Sequence record: OR699282.2
Direction: 5' to 3' (one strand)
Origin: Escherichia phage BAU.Micro_ELP-22
Length of the DNA: 64,000 nt
Part shown: piece by piece, positions 38,256 to 48,021 of the stretch
Numbering within the stretch: the first letter of the stretch is position 1
How the letters are laid out: each line of letters starts with the position of its first letter
The notes under the pieces: generated by a model
What the model was told of the DNA's origin: nothing
What the model saw: only the letters and a program-made list of their open reading frames with translations
Databases searched by the model: none
Translations under genes and position numbers: made by a program

Positions 38256-38544
38256 TTTACTATATATAAAGTCAGTAGAAGCTGAAATTAAAAATTCAGT
38301 ACAAACTATCGTCGATGAAATGATTGACAAATACAAGAGCAATCTTATTGGGAAGAAAGTCAGATGTTGGGATTACACATTCAAACACTGGTACGATTCC
38401 GAGATTGTGAAAGTTGATGTGAATACTGATAGTAATGGTCTAATTAATGGTATTGCGTATATTGGTGTTTTAATACGCAAGGGAACACCACAGGAATGGC
38501 TAACTTATCATAATATAGAGCATGTTAAATTTTTAGAGGATTAA
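38233..38544 (+). CDS. hypothetical protein, small paralog family 3
   Basis: ATG 38233 preferred; core KSNLIGKKVRCWDYTFKHWYDSEIVKVDV. Confidence 0.5.
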   Translation: MINNAQSNLLYIKSVEAEIKNSVQTIVDEMIDKYKSNLIGKKVRCWDYTFKHWYDSEIVKVDVNTDSNGLINGIAYIGVLIRKGTPQEWLTYHNIEHVKFLED

Positions 38545-38547
38545 AGG

Positions 38548-39480
38548 ATGCCAACTATCACACTAACAGTTGGATTGCCTGGGTGTGGTAAAACTACATG
38601 GGCAGTGCAAGAGATTAAAAACGCCAAATCCAAGACTATCAACATCAACCGTGATGATATTCGTGAATCTATGGCTGGGTCACATGATGCTTACAAATTC
38701 AACGATGCTAATGAGAAGTACGTAACTAATTTACAGTTCAGTGCAGCAAATTCAGCAGCAGAGAATGGTTGGAACATCATCATATCCGATACGAACCTTA
38801 AACAACATTTCCGTAATCTATGGAAAGTATGGGCTAAAGATAATGGCTATGATTACAAAGAAAAGAACTTCTATGATGATTTTGTACCTAATGAAGACCG
38901 TGGTGCAGATGTTCATGAATTCTTTAAGATTAAAGAGTTCGTAAAACTTTGCAAGAAATATAATCTCCAGCGTGAGCGTTCAGTACAAGATAATATCATT
39001 GACACTATGGCAGATACGTACTATTATAGTAAAGCATTGCACATTGGTTACTATGGTAATTCACGAGAAGCTGCTATTATCGTTGATATCGACGGTACTC
39101 TTGCTCATAAATGGGGTCGTAATCCTTACGATGAAAGTACTGTTCTTCAGGATACACCTGATGAAGAAGTTATTTTGTCTATTATCGCTGAAGCAGTTTT
39201 TCATAAACGCAAGATTATCGTCATGAGTGGGCGTACTGAAGGGTGTCGTGCTGATACCGAACAGTGGCTTAAGAATTGGGGTGTTCCTTACGATGCATTG
39301 TTTATGCGAGATATCGATGATAAACGTCCTGATGATGTTGTAAAATTCGACCTGTACATGAAAAATGTGGTTGATCATTACGATGTTAAAAAGGTATATG
39401 ATGACCGCGATCAAGTTGTATTCATGTGGCGTAAACTACTTGGGTTGAAAGTTTTCCAAGTGGCTGAAGGAAATTTCTAA
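38548..39480 (+). CDS. pseT: polynucleotide 5'-kinase/3'-phosphatase
   Basis: Walker A P-loop GLPGCGKTTW at N-terminus; HAD-type phosphatase motif VDIDGTLA; tail DDRDQVVFMWRKLLGLKVFQVAEGNF parallels T4 Pnk C-terminus. Confidence 0.85.
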   Translation: MPTITLTVGLPGCGKTTWAVQEIKNAKSKTININRDDIRESMAGSHDAYKFNDANEKYVTNLQFSAANSAAENGWNIIISDTNLKQHFRNLWKVWAKDNGYDYKEKNFYDDFVPNEDRGADVHEFFKIKEFVKLCKKYNLQRERSVQDNIIDTMADTYYYSKALHIGYYGNSREAAIIVDIDGTLAHKWGRNPYDESTVLQDTPDEEVILSIIAEAVFHKRKIIVMSGRTEGCRADTEQWLKNWGVPYDALFMRDIDDKRPDDVVKFDLYMKNVVDHYDVKKVYDDRDQVVFMWRKLLGLKVFQVAEGNF

Positions 39481-39484
39481 TACA

Positions 39485-39516
39485 AAAGGGATCATATATT
39501 GGTCCCTTTTTCTTTT
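39485..39516 (+). terminator. rho-independent terminator
   Basis: AAAGGGATC-atatatt-GGTCCCTTT hairpin followed by T-run. Confidence 0.65.
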
Positions 39517-39705
39517 AAGGTACATTATAGTGAATGTAACAACACAGATGTTATTACGAAAAGACTACTTAGAAAATATAGAACGATACTATAGATTGTC
39601 TTTGTATGAAAATAAGCATAAAAATTATAGTTTTGATAAACTACTAAATTCCAGTACTGATGATTATCTATTTTCATCAATGTTTTATGTGAGAGGTTTA
39701 TTATA

Positions 39706-39966
39706 ATGGATAAATTTCACACAGATATAACACAGATAGGTAATCTTATCAATAGTCTAATTACTGATTTAGAAGAAAAGTACTTAGGTCGAAATGTATA
39801 CGTAGAAATGTATGAAACATATGGTGTTATTGATATGATTTATTACAGTGCATTGAAGTGTGAAATACGTTTAACAATATGTTTGTTTGAAAAAAATACA
39901 TTCAACAGAAGTACTGCAATTCGCCAAGTTGGAGTTGATGATATAGAATTATACGAGGAACAATAA
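39706..39966 (+). CDS. hypothetical protein, small paralog family 3
   Basis: 86-aa ORF; core LITDLEEKYLGRNVYVEMYE. Confidence 0.55.
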   Translation: MDKFHTDITQIGNLINSLITDLEEKYLGRNVYVEMYETYGVIDMIYYSALKCEIRLTICLFEKNTFNRSTAIRQVGVDDIELYEEQ

Positions 39967-40217
39967 TGTTTGAGCAGGACTTAGAGATATTCAAAAGTCA
40001 TATTGATTACTTGACTATATTAGAAAATGATTTAACTACAAAGTACAAAGGCATTCGTGTTCTGTGCTGGTATGATGATTGGGATTATAAACGTGAACTC
40101 ACGATTGATCGAATTTATTTCAGTGACGGTGTACTAAATGTACATGGTGTAAATGATTTTGGTCATTCATATACATATTCTAATAATGCTAAATTTAAAA
40201 GGATCTACAATGAATGA
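39966..40217 (+). CDS. hypothetical protein, small paralog family 3
   Basis: 83-aa ORF; core LENDLTTKYKGIRVLCWYDDWDY. Confidence 0.55.
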   Translation: MFEQDLEIFKSHIDYLTILENDLTTKYKGIRVLCWYDDWDYKRELTIDRIYFSDGVLNVHGVNDFGHSYTYSNNAKFKRIYNE

Positions 40218-40512
40218 ATATTATCATAATTTATTCGATTACATAAAACTAATAGATGATCTTTCTTTTGAATTTCTCAGTACTGAAAAAGTTCTTGAAC
40301 CTCTCTATTATGATTGTATTAGTTCACTATGTTTAGATGAAAAAGAGATATTAGCAAACAACTTACCATCCACGGTCTGTACAATCAATGGTTCCAAGGC
40401 ATTAGTGTGCGAGGTTAATTTTCATAAATCACTTAATACAATTGTTTACAAGTTCGATAACACTTGGGTAAATCATGTAACCAGTAATATTAAATCTGTG
40501 AGATTTTTATGA
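40210..40512 (+). CDS. hypothetical protein
   Basis: ATG 40210 (MNEYYHNLF) preferred over track start 40153. Confidence 0.5.
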   Translation: MNEYYHNLFDYIKLIDDLSFEFLSTEKVLEPLYYDCISSLCLDEKEILANNLPSTVCTINGSKALVCEVNFHKSLNTIVYKFDNTWVNHVTSNIKSVRFL

Positions 40513-40805
40513 ATATAAAAAAATTATTTGAACAAGTAAATTTATTGTACTGGTGTTCAGACGGTTCAGATAAGGAATATAGTGAAGTTTATTTAGAACT
40601 GTTTAGAACTGAAATTCATCAAATTCGAAGATACCTAATTGATAACAAAACTAAAGTACAAGTAAGATACCATAACGGTACGTTAAAGAATGGTGTAATT
40701 ATTGGATTGATAGTTACACGAATGTCTAATAATATTAAAGTTGCAGTTAGATTAATGACTGATGATGGTGTCTACACAATAGAAGCTAGTGAGATTATAT
40801 ATTAA
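40509..40805 (+). CDS. hypothetical protein, small paralog family 3-like
   Basis: 98-aa ORF; core NKTKVQVRYHNGTLKNGVIIGL. Confidence 0.5.
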   Translation: MNIKKLFEQVNLLYWCSDGSDKEYSEVYLELFRTEIHQIRRYLIDNKTKVQVRYHNGTLKNGVIIGLIVTRMSNNIKVAVRLMTDDGVYTIEASEIIY

Positions 40806-41111
40806 ATGGATATACAAACATTCAATAAACTTAAGTACTATGATGATGGTTTTGCATTAATAATTAACGAACTTGATGGAATACCATACGAATATCATAA
40901 TCAAGTAATGAAGATAATAAAATGTATATGTGAAGAATTAAAAAGTATATTTAAAAATGAATATGTTTATGATTTAGGTAATAGTAGCAAAAAACTATAC
41001 ATAAAGAAATTCTGGGGAACGCATTGCGGTTTGATGGTCGATTTAGGTTTAAGTTTAGACGATAATTCTGAATCATGTTCATTATATATAGATGAAATGC
41101 GAATATCATGA
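40806..41111 (+). CDS. hypothetical protein
   Basis: 101-aa ORF. Confidence 0.5.
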   Translation: MDIQTFNKLKYYDDGFALIINELDGIPYEYHNQVMKIIKCICEELKSIFKNEYVYDLGNSSKKLYIKKFWGTHCGLMVDLGLSLDDNSESCSLYIDEMRIS

Positions 41112-41151
41112 GACGTATCAGAATTCGGTGATATAATTTGATTACATCACC
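41109..41151 (+). promoter_or_regulatory. extended -10 promoter flanked by inverted repeat
   Basis: TGaTATAAT (-10 hexamer 41132-41137) between GGTGAT (41127-41132) and ATCACC (41146-41151); GGGAGA RBS follows. Confidence 0.5.
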
Positions 41152-41168
41152 AATAGGGAGAAGTTGAA

Positions 41169-41495
41169 GTGAATGGTTCGTTTTTAACAATATTAGAAAA
41201 GACAACCGAGATGCTTTCTAGCTCGTTAATGCAGATTTTCAGTACTAATAATTTATACAATACCCAGGTGTTAGATTCAATTAATAATAACTATGTGGTA
41301 AGTATATCTGATGAAATATGTCCATTTAACGCGTATTCAATTTATAGTGTAGAAGAGTTTCATATATCCGAGATTCGATGTGGTTTTGGTGCTTGGTTAG
41401 TTCTAAATGAACGTTCAGGGTTGTCTTTATACATCGAAGAAGTTAGTAAATTTATATACAAAGGAGTAGAATATGTTAACCCCAATTATTCTTAG
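41169..41495 (+). CDS. hypothetical protein
   Basis: GTG start with GGGAGA RBS 8 nt upstream; 108 aa. Confidence 0.5.
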   Translation: MNGSFLTILEKTTEMLSSSLMQIFSTNNLYNTQVLDSINNNYVVSISDEICPFNAYSIYSVEEFHISEIRCGFGAWLVLNERSGLSLYIEEVSKFIYKGVEYVNPNYS

Positions 41496-42102
41496 CAGTG
41501 CATATGTAATCGGTATTATTATTTCTGGTATGCTTGCATATAACTATAACAGAAGTGTTCTAGGTTATGTAGTACTTGGTACAGTACTAAGTCCAGTGAT
41601 TGCCATTGGTCTTCTTGTTATGCTAGGTGAGAAAAATACAAGCTTCTTTATTACTAAAGAACTTGATAAAATCACTCCAGCACCAGAAACAGTTATTCCA
41701 GAAGTTAAAGAAGAAGTTAAAGAAGTTGAAGTTCAAATGCAAGTTAAAGTGTATAATACACTTGAAGAAACTGATCCTAAAGTTGTAGTGAATGTAGTTC
41801 CAGTAGTTGAAGATGTGAAACCAAAAGCTCCTAAAGTACAGAAAAATACTAAAACTGCAAAGAAAGCTCGTTACACTAAAGGTAAGAACAAAGGTAAATC
41901 TAAGGATGAACCACAACTAGGTGTTCATGACCATACTGCACAAATTGCAACGGCAGCGACCGCAGCAGCAATCGTAACATCACCAATCTACAACAATGAT
42001 GATTACAGTGATTATAGCCGTCACAGCAGTTCTTCCTCTGATTCTTGTTCCTATGATAGCTCTAGTTCTGATTCAAGTTCATCGTCTGGAAGTTGTGATT
42101 AA
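41473..42102 (+). CDS. membrane protein with Ser/Asp-rich C-terminal tail
   Basis: N-terminal hydrophobic helices, central KEEVKEVEVQ region, C-terminus SSSSSDSCSYDSSSSDSSSSSGSCD. Confidence 0.55.
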   Translation: MLTPIILSSAYVIGIIISGMLAYNYNRSVLGYVVLGTVLSPVIAIGLLVMLGEKNTSFFITKELDKITPAPETVIPEVKEEVKEVEVQMQVKVYNTLEETDPKVVVNVVPVVEDVKPKAPKVQKNTKTAKKARYTKGKNKGKSKDEPQLGVHDHTAQIATAATAAAIVTSPIYNNDDYSDYSRHSSSSSDSCSYDSSSSDSSSSSGSCD

Positions 42103-42431
42103 TGTCAATGAAACCACTAATTCAACATAATATTTTTTATAGGTCATTATTCAAAATTCAAGATGATTTTTATCAGACGTTGAGTAATGATCTTATAGGT
42201 AAAACTGTACGATATTCGGAACAATACATCAAACGTATGACAAGTGAGTATATTGACCCTGAATACGAATACGACATTGAACACATTAATCCCAATACTA
42301 GAATGAAAATCATTGAGATATTTAAGAATGGGAGAACTATAGGTGCTGAAATTGAGTACTTGAATTGTGATTGTTACATAGATACCGAGTTAAGTTTGGA
42401 TTATCTTGTTTTAGTGGATGATGAGGAATAA
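42102..42431 (+). CDS. hypothetical protein, small paralog family 3
   Basis: 109-aa ORF; core LSNDLIGKTVRYSEQY. Confidence 0.55.
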   Translation: MSMKPLIQHNIFYRSLFKIQDDFYQTLSNDLIGKTVRYSEQYIKRMTSEYIDPEYEYDIEHINPNTRMKIIEIFKNGRTIGAEIEYLNCDCYIDTELSLDYLVLVDDEE

Positions 42432-42433
42432 TT

Positions 42434-42649
42434 ATGATAACATTTTTTGCAATATATGGTTTTGTAGCATTTGTTACATTTATAACCAACTTTCTAGTAC
42501 TTAATTGGGGTTGTTTTAAAGATGAAATCATGATTATCATGAATCTCCAAACAGCAGCACTGATGGCTATTATTTGGCCTGTAACATTAGTATATATTTT
42601 TATTTCACTTACCCAAGATATTATTAACAAATATAAGAGAAAGAAATAA
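42434..42649 (+). CDS. small membrane protein
   Basis: 71-aa ORF, two hydrophobic segments. Confidence 0.5.
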   Translation: MITFFAIYGFVAFVTFITNFLVLNWGCFKDEIMIIMNLQTAALMAIIWPVTLVYIFISLTQDIINKYKRKK

Positions 42650-42900
42650 TGTTCAACACTGACTTATCACATTTGCGATATCTTATGTCTTTGGCTGATG
42701 ATTTTATAAATGATCTGAAGCCAAAATATATTGGTCAAGAAGTACGATTAATAAACTCCAGAGGGTATGGAAAGTATATTATTACTGATATGTATATTAG
42801 TGGTGGTGAATGGCGTTTTAAAATTAATACTTATCTTAAAGATGGTTCTTTTGCTGGAACACAAGTTACTAAACACACTAATATTATATGGTTGGAGTAA
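42649..42900 (+). CDS. hypothetical protein, small paralog family 3
   Basis: 83-aa ORF; core INDLKPKYIGQEVRLINSRGYGKYIITDMY. Confidence 0.55.
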   Translation: MFNTDLSHLRYLMSLADDFINDLKPKYIGQEVRLINSRGYGKYIITDMYISGGEWRFKINTYLKDGSFAGTQVTKHTNIIWLE

Positions 42901-42902
42901 TA

Positions 42903-43646
42903 ATGAAACACTTCTTAGAAGTAACTGTACCTGATGATAAAGATTTATACATTGTAGGTGATTTGCATGGTAATGGTAAACTATGGGATGCTACAGTGAA
43001 AGAATTTGGTATTACACACAATGATTATGTTTTCAGTGTAGGTGATATTATCGACCGTGGAGAACAAAATTCAAAGCTCCTTTTTGAATTTTTGTTCGGA
43101 GAAAATCGTTACATGATTGCGGGTAATCATGAGATGATGTGCGTTGATTCGGAAACACTTCGAGATTGGTATCATTGTTGGATAAGTAATGGTGGTGATA
43201 AATTCCTTGATGAAGTTGGAGGAACAGGCATTCAATTCTTTCGTCAGTACTTAAAGGATCTCCCTATGATTATCCAAATCAATCACCGAGGATTGAAGAT
43301 TGGGTTAGTTCATGCTGGAGTTCCGTTGGAATATACAACATGGGAACGATTTGTTAATGGGACAAAATCACTTAGTGCTGATATAATTGATAAGTGCTTG
43401 TGGGATAGAAAAACATTCGATTATTGTAGAACTAATAATACATATTATGCACCTAAGTTAGATGGAGTGCATTGTGTCTTTAGTGGACATACAGCAGTTA
43501 CAGACCCACTCATTTACGGTAATCGCATTTGGATTGATAGTCAGTTCTTGACGGGTGACTTAACTCTCGCTACTCCACAAAGTGGTGGGATGAGATATTT
43601 ACGTAAAGAAAAAGATGAGTACTCATTCAATCGTTTCAAAAGGTAA
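42903..43646 (+). CDS. Ser/Thr protein phosphatase (PPP-family metallophosphoesterase)
   Basis: Motifs GDLHGN, GDIIDRGE, GNHEMM in canonical order; ATG 42903 with GGAG RBS preferred over track start 42888. Confidence 0.75.
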   Translation: MKHFLEVTVPDDKDLYIVGDLHGNGKLWDATVKEFGITHNDYVFSVGDIIDRGEQNSKLLFEFLFGENRYMIAGNHEMMCVDSETLRDWYHCWISNGGDKFLDEVGGTGIQFFRQYLKDLPMIIQINHRGLKIGLVHAGVPLEYTTWERFVNGTKSLSADIIDKCLWDRKTFDYCRTNNTYYAPKLDGVHCVFSGHTAVTDPLIYGNRIWIDSQFLTGDLTLATPQSGGMRYLRKEKDEYSFNRFKR

Positions 43647-43651
43647 TAATT

Positions 43652-43921
43652 ATGCATGATGTAGTTAAAAAATATTTGAATGATAGATATATTATGAAAA
43701 AATCTATTAATTCTATCCTAAAAGACCATGCAAATCAAATACGTGAGATTCTATCAAATAAACTTATTGGTTGTTCAGTTGAGTTCAACTACAAAAAGAA
43801 TGTCGTGAAGGTTGGAGTTATTAAACGTGTAGTTGCTGTTTATGACCAAGATGTATATGTTGAAATAGAATATGATGATAAATTATCACAATTAAGTACT
43901 GAAGATTTAACATTTTTATAA
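43652..43921 (+). CDS. hypothetical protein, small paralog family 3
   Basis: 89-aa ORF; core LSNKLIGCSVEFNYKKNVVKVGVI. Confidence 0.55.
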   Translation: MHDVVKKYLNDRYIMKKSINSILKDHANQIREILSNKLIGCSVEFNYKKNVVKVGVIKRVVAVYDQDVYVEIEYDDKLSQLSTEDLTFL

Positions 43922-43931
43922 GGAAATAGAA

Positions 43932-44159
43932 ATGAAAGTAATTCAAGTTATGGTAGAAAAATACCAAACTGAAGATGGTCGTATTTTTGATTCAGCTAAA
44001 CAAGCTGAACACCATGAACGTATTATTTCTGGTGCACGTAAAGTATGTCCTACATGTAATGGAACACAACAAGTACCGTCAGAAGATTACCGCAGCTTTT
44101 ATGCTTGTCCACACTGTGATGGTAAAGGGTTTTTAGAAAAACAAGAGGTATGGAAATGA
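43932..44159 (+). CDS. small zinc-ribbon protein
   Basis: 75 aa; CPTCNG ... CPHCDG (two CxxC pairs, DnaJ-like zinc finger spacing). Confidence 0.5.
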   Translation: MKVIQVMVEKYQTEDGRIFDSAKQAEHHERIISGARKVCPTCNGTQQVPSEDYRSFYACPHCDGKGFLEKQEVWK

Positions 44160-44569
44160 AATTGTATTGCTTAACTAATATGTACTGTCAAGGTGTCCAA
44201 GCTGGCATTCAAGCATTCCATGCTGGTGTTAAACTAATTAAAGAGTATGAAGGTTCTGCTTTCAGTACTATTATTGATGAATGGTACTATGAACACGAAA
44301 CTATTGTAGTACTAAATGCTGGTGGACATGATAAGTTAAATTCTTATTATAACAACCTTAGCAAACAGGGAAAAGTTCCGTTTGCCAAATTCAATGAAGC
44401 TGGATTGAATGATGCTATTACCTGTGTAGCAGTACTGTGTACGTCTGAAATGATTGAAGACATGGCTGTTATGCGTATGAATCTTCCTGCTGGTGATCAA
44501 CTAATGCAAGTAAAATATGGTGCATTGTTTGACACATTAAAAGCAATCAGCACAATGAGGACAATTTGA
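44150..44569 (+). CDS. hypothetical protein
   Basis: 139-aa ORF. Confidence 0.5.
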   Translation: MEMKLYCLTNMYCQGVQAGIQAFHAGVKLIKEYEGSAFSTIIDEWYYEHETIVVLNAGGHDKLNSYYNNLSKQGKVPFAKFNEAGLNDAITCVAVLCTSEMIEDMAVMRMNLPAGDQLMQVKYGALFDTLKAISTMRTI

Positions 44570-45768
44570 TGGATTTTCCAGAGAAGTTATTTGTTGCACG
44601 TTCCTATGTAAACCACAACCAAGTTGATGGTTTTATTATCGATGCAACAAAATCACATACAAAAGCGTTTGAAACAAAGAAAGAGAGAGCAGAGTACTGG
44701 GCAAAGAAGAACAATCTTCCATCGTTATATATTGACAACGTTCCAACTACGGGATTTTGTGTAGTTGATAAATTAACAACTCATGCACGAGAAACATATT
44801 TCACGATCCGTCACCCAGAAGGATTTGAATTTATGATTAGTGCAAAAAACATGAATGATTTAATTATCAATAACGATATAATCAAAGGTGTTTTTGTAGA
44901 CCCAATGTTTTTCAACAATAACTTAGAATTAATTAATGGTAAAACAAAAACGTTTGCTAAGTTAGTTGAAAAAGAAAATAAAAAAGAACAACAAAAAGAA
45001 ACTGTAGCAGGTCTTAAAGTTGGTGATGGTTTCACTTATCTTAAAGAAGATTACTATTACTGCGGTAAAGTACATGCAATTTGTATAAAGAAAACTAAAG
45101 AATTTGCATATCCAGACAAAAGTTCAGTTTATCATTTACTTTTTAACAGTACTCGTGGAACTTATGCATTGAATCAACGTTTGGATAATTACAATCTTGA
45201 ACCTCGTGCACTCTTGAATAAGAAGACTACAGCAGATGAAGAAATTAAACTTGCTAATGAATTTTGGCAAAGCTATAGAACAAACAGACATAACCCATTA
45301 GGTGAATCTAACATTCCAGTACTGGTACACAATAAATCATTTAAAGCAAAAGACCTTAAAATTAAATACGAAGAAATAAATGTTGATGATCTTATGAATA
45401 ATGGACGTTTCAACGAGAACGTACCATTTATGACTAAAGATAATGAACAAACATATCGCGTATTTTTTGGTGTAAGTAATAATACAACGCGTAGTTATTA
45501 TGGGCGTAGTGGAGATTATAATATCCATTATAATGATAAATTTGAACGCTTTAGTGCATATCCAGTTCAAATTGATGATAATGGGATTATGGTAATGGAT
45601 GTTGATATTAATGAACACTCATCATTTAGTACATGGAATGGCTATCGTTCCCCATTCTTCCCACCAAATGAACGCAAAACATCAAGCACTCGTTACTACC
45701 AAGACAAACCATGTCACGTTCAACTATCAATTAGTAATCCACTTTATATTGGAAAGTATTATCTATAA
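44566..45768 (+). CDS. hypothetical protein
   Basis: 400-aa ORF, lysine-rich central segment; no recognisable motif. Confidence 0.6.
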   Translation: MMDFPEKLFVARSYVNHNQVDGFIIDATKSHTKAFETKKERAEYWAKKNNLPSLYIDNVPTTGFCVVDKLTTHARETYFTIRHPEGFEFMISAKNMNDLIINNDIIKGVFVDPMFFNNNLELINGKTKTFAKLVEKENKKEQQKETVAGLKVGDGFTYLKEDYYYCGKVHAICIKKTKEFAYPDKSSVYHLLFNSTRGTYALNQRLDNYNLEPRALLNKKTTADEEIKLANEFWQSYRTNRHNPLGESNIPVLVHNKSFKAKDLKIKYEEINVDDLMNNGRFNENVPFMTKDNEQTYRVFFGVSNNTTRSYYGRSGDYNIHYNDKFERFSAYPVQIDDNGIMVMDVDINEHSSFSTWNGYRSPFFPPNERKTSSTRYYQDKPCHVQLSISNPLYIGKYYL

Positions 45769-45779
45769 AGGAATATACA

Positions 45780-47198
45780 ATGAGCATTTTAGCAATTCTT
45801 GAAAGCATTAAAAATACTAGCAGTACTCTGGGCAAAAAGGCTATTCTTGAACAAAATAAAGATAATGTAACTTTACAAAAAGTACTGAAATATACACTAG
45901 ACCCTTCTATCGTAAGTGGCTATAAGAAGCTCCCTGACGCTGATGACGTATATCAACATATGACGTTAGATGAAGCAATTGATAAGCTAGAATGCATTTA
46001 CAAGCGTGATGTGACAGGAAATGCGGGGCGTGATTTCATTGCTTCAGTACTGGGTTCTGTATCAGAAGATGACCAAGAAGTTCTTCGTAAAATGCTCACG
46101 AAGAACCTTGATTGTGGTATTCAAGAAAAGAACTGCAATGATGTATTTGGTAAAGGATTCATCAAAGACGAACCATATATGCGTTGTTCTTTGATTGACA
46201 AAAAGACTGCAAAGAACATCAACTTCAAAGATTATGGTTACGCTATATCAGAAGTGAAAATGGATGGTCAGTACTTGAACCACGTTGTCATTAATGGTTC
46301 ATTAACTTCTACATCCCGTAATGGTAAACTATACGACTTCCTGGGTTGTCGTGATGGTGAGATGGCAGGTCTTGCTCACATCATCCAAAGTAAAGATGAA
46401 CGTTTTAGTAGTGGTGTGGTCTTTATGGGGGAAGGTGTAGTACTGGACAATGATGGAGAAACCATTCTCCCACGCACTACTGGCAACGGTATAATTCAGA
46501 AAGCTGGTAAAGATAGCATCAGTCAGAATGAAGCAATGCGTACTGTATTCGTTCTATGGGATGTTGTTCCATATGATGCATTTTGTGAAGGTGTATGGGA
46601 TGTAAAACGTAAAGAACGTCGCGAGATCTTAGTAGATGCAATTAACGAACTCAATAGTGATTTTGTTCGTATGGTTGGATTCCGTAAAGTTCTAAACATC
46701 AAAGAAGCATTTGAGTACAATAGTGAACTAATGAACGAAGGTGAAGAGGGTTCAGTACTGAAATGCGAAGATGGTATCTGGAAATCTCACACTTCTCCTA
46801 AGCAGTTGAAAATGAAACTTAAGATGCAATTGGATTTGCGTATTGTTGGTTTCAATGAAGGTGAAGGGAAGCGTAAAGGTAGCCTTGGTTCTTTACAACT
46901 GGAAAGTGCATGTGGCACATTGAAAGTTAATGTAGGTACAGGCATCCGTGAAAAAGATGCCGAATGGACGTTTAAAACCATTTGGGAAAGAATGCAAGAA
47001 CTTATTGGTAAAGTGGTTACAGTTGAGTGTAATGACATTGTATTCGAGAAGCGTACTGGTGAGCCATCACTGTTCTTACCAGTGTTTATTGAATTTAGAT
47101 TTGACAAAAACACTTGTGACGACTATACTCGTATTTTAGAAATTCGTGATAGTGCTGTTGAGGTGTTCTCAAACAGTATCATTGAATCACTTGGCTAA
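45780..47198 (+). CDS. ATP-dependent DNA ligase (T4 gp30-like)
   Basis: N-term ILAILESIKNTSSTLGKKAILEQNKDN parallels T4 ligase ILKILNEIASIGSTKQKQAILEKNKDN; adenylation lysine motif EVKMDGQ; LKMKLKMQLDLRIVGF near C-terminus. Confidence 0.85.
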   Translation: MSILAILESIKNTSSTLGKKAILEQNKDNVTLQKVLKYTLDPSIVSGYKKLPDADDVYQHMTLDEAIDKLECIYKRDVTGNAGRDFIASVLGSVSEDDQEVLRKMLTKNLDCGIQEKNCNDVFGKGFIKDEPYMRCSLIDKKTAKNINFKDYGYAISEVKMDGQYLNHVVINGSLTSTSRNGKLYDFLGCRDGEMAGLAHIIQSKDERFSSGVVFMGEGVVLDNDGETILPRTTGNGIIQKAGKDSISQNEAMRTVFVLWDVVPYDAFCEGVWDVKRKERREILVDAINELNSDFVRMVGFRKVLNIKEAFEYNSELMNEGEEGSVLKCEDGIWKSHTSPKQLKMKLKMQLDLRIVGFNEGEGKRKGSLGSLQLESACGTLKVNVGTGIREKDAEWTFKTIWERMQELIGKVVTVECNDIVFEKRTGEPSLFLPVFIEFRFDKNTCDDYTRILEIRDSAVEVFSNSIIESLG

Positions 47199-47217
47199 AC
47201 ACTTATAGGAGGTAATT

Positions 47218-48009
47218 ATGAAATTTGTTGTAACGTCTGACGTACACGGTGGTACTGATTACCTCCATAGTGGTGATTACAGTGATACAGTACTGATTAT
47301 TGCTGGGGATTTTGATGAAGTTAAACGTAGTCGTTATCGTACTGGCATTGAATCCCTGTGTAAACAGTTTAAGAATGTAGTACTGGTTCCTGGCAATCAT
47401 GAATATTATGGTTCCAATATCCACAAAACGCATAAAGTACTGTCCGATATGCAAGATGAGATTCCAAATTTCATCTTTTTGCAAAACAAATTTGTATGGC
47501 TGGATGGAGTACTGCTTGTTGGTAGTACTCTGTGGACAGACTTCGATAAAGGTAATTCTTTGACGAAGTTTGATGCTTGTCAGAAGATGAACGATTACAA
47601 ACATATCCGTCATGGAACAACATCAGAGCCTTGGCGTAAGAAACTGACACCAGATGATACTGAGTTTATGCATCACAAAGATAAACAATTTATCAAAAAT
47701 TCTATTGACACAGTTCGCTTTATGCATGATAATGATTTCAAGGTCATCGTGGTTACCCATCACGCACCAAGTTATCAAAGTGTTTCACCAAAATATAAAA
47801 ATGATTCACTGAATGGTTGTTACTGTTCCGATATGGATCAGTACATTGAAGATTTGGGTGCTGATGTTTGGATTCATGGTCATGTTCATAGTAGCTTTGA
47901 CTACCACATTGGTAAGACACGTATCATTTGTAATCCACGAGGCTATGAATCATACAGTGGAGCTTGTGAGAATTTTGATTACAATCCTAAATTTGTATTT
48001 GAAATTTAA
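47218..48009 (+). CDS. calcineurin-like metallophosphoesterase
   Basis: Motifs VVTSDVHGG, IIAGDFDE, VPGNHEYYG, VVTHHAP, WIHGHVHSS. Confidence 0.75.
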   Translation: MKFVVTSDVHGGTDYLHSGDYSDTVLIIAGDFDEVKRSRYRTGIESLCKQFKNVVLVPGNHEYYGSNIHKTHKVLSDMQDEIPNFIFLQNKFVWLDGVLLVGSTLWTDFDKGNSLTKFDACQKMNDYKHIRHGTTSEPWRKKLTPDDTEFMHHKDKQFIKNSIDTVRFMHDNDFKVIVVTHHAPSYQSVSPKYKNDSLNGCYCSDMDQYIEDLGADVWIHGHVHSSFDYHIGKTRIICNPRGYESYSGACENFDYNPKFVFEI

Positions 48010-48021
48010 TGAGAGGATATT

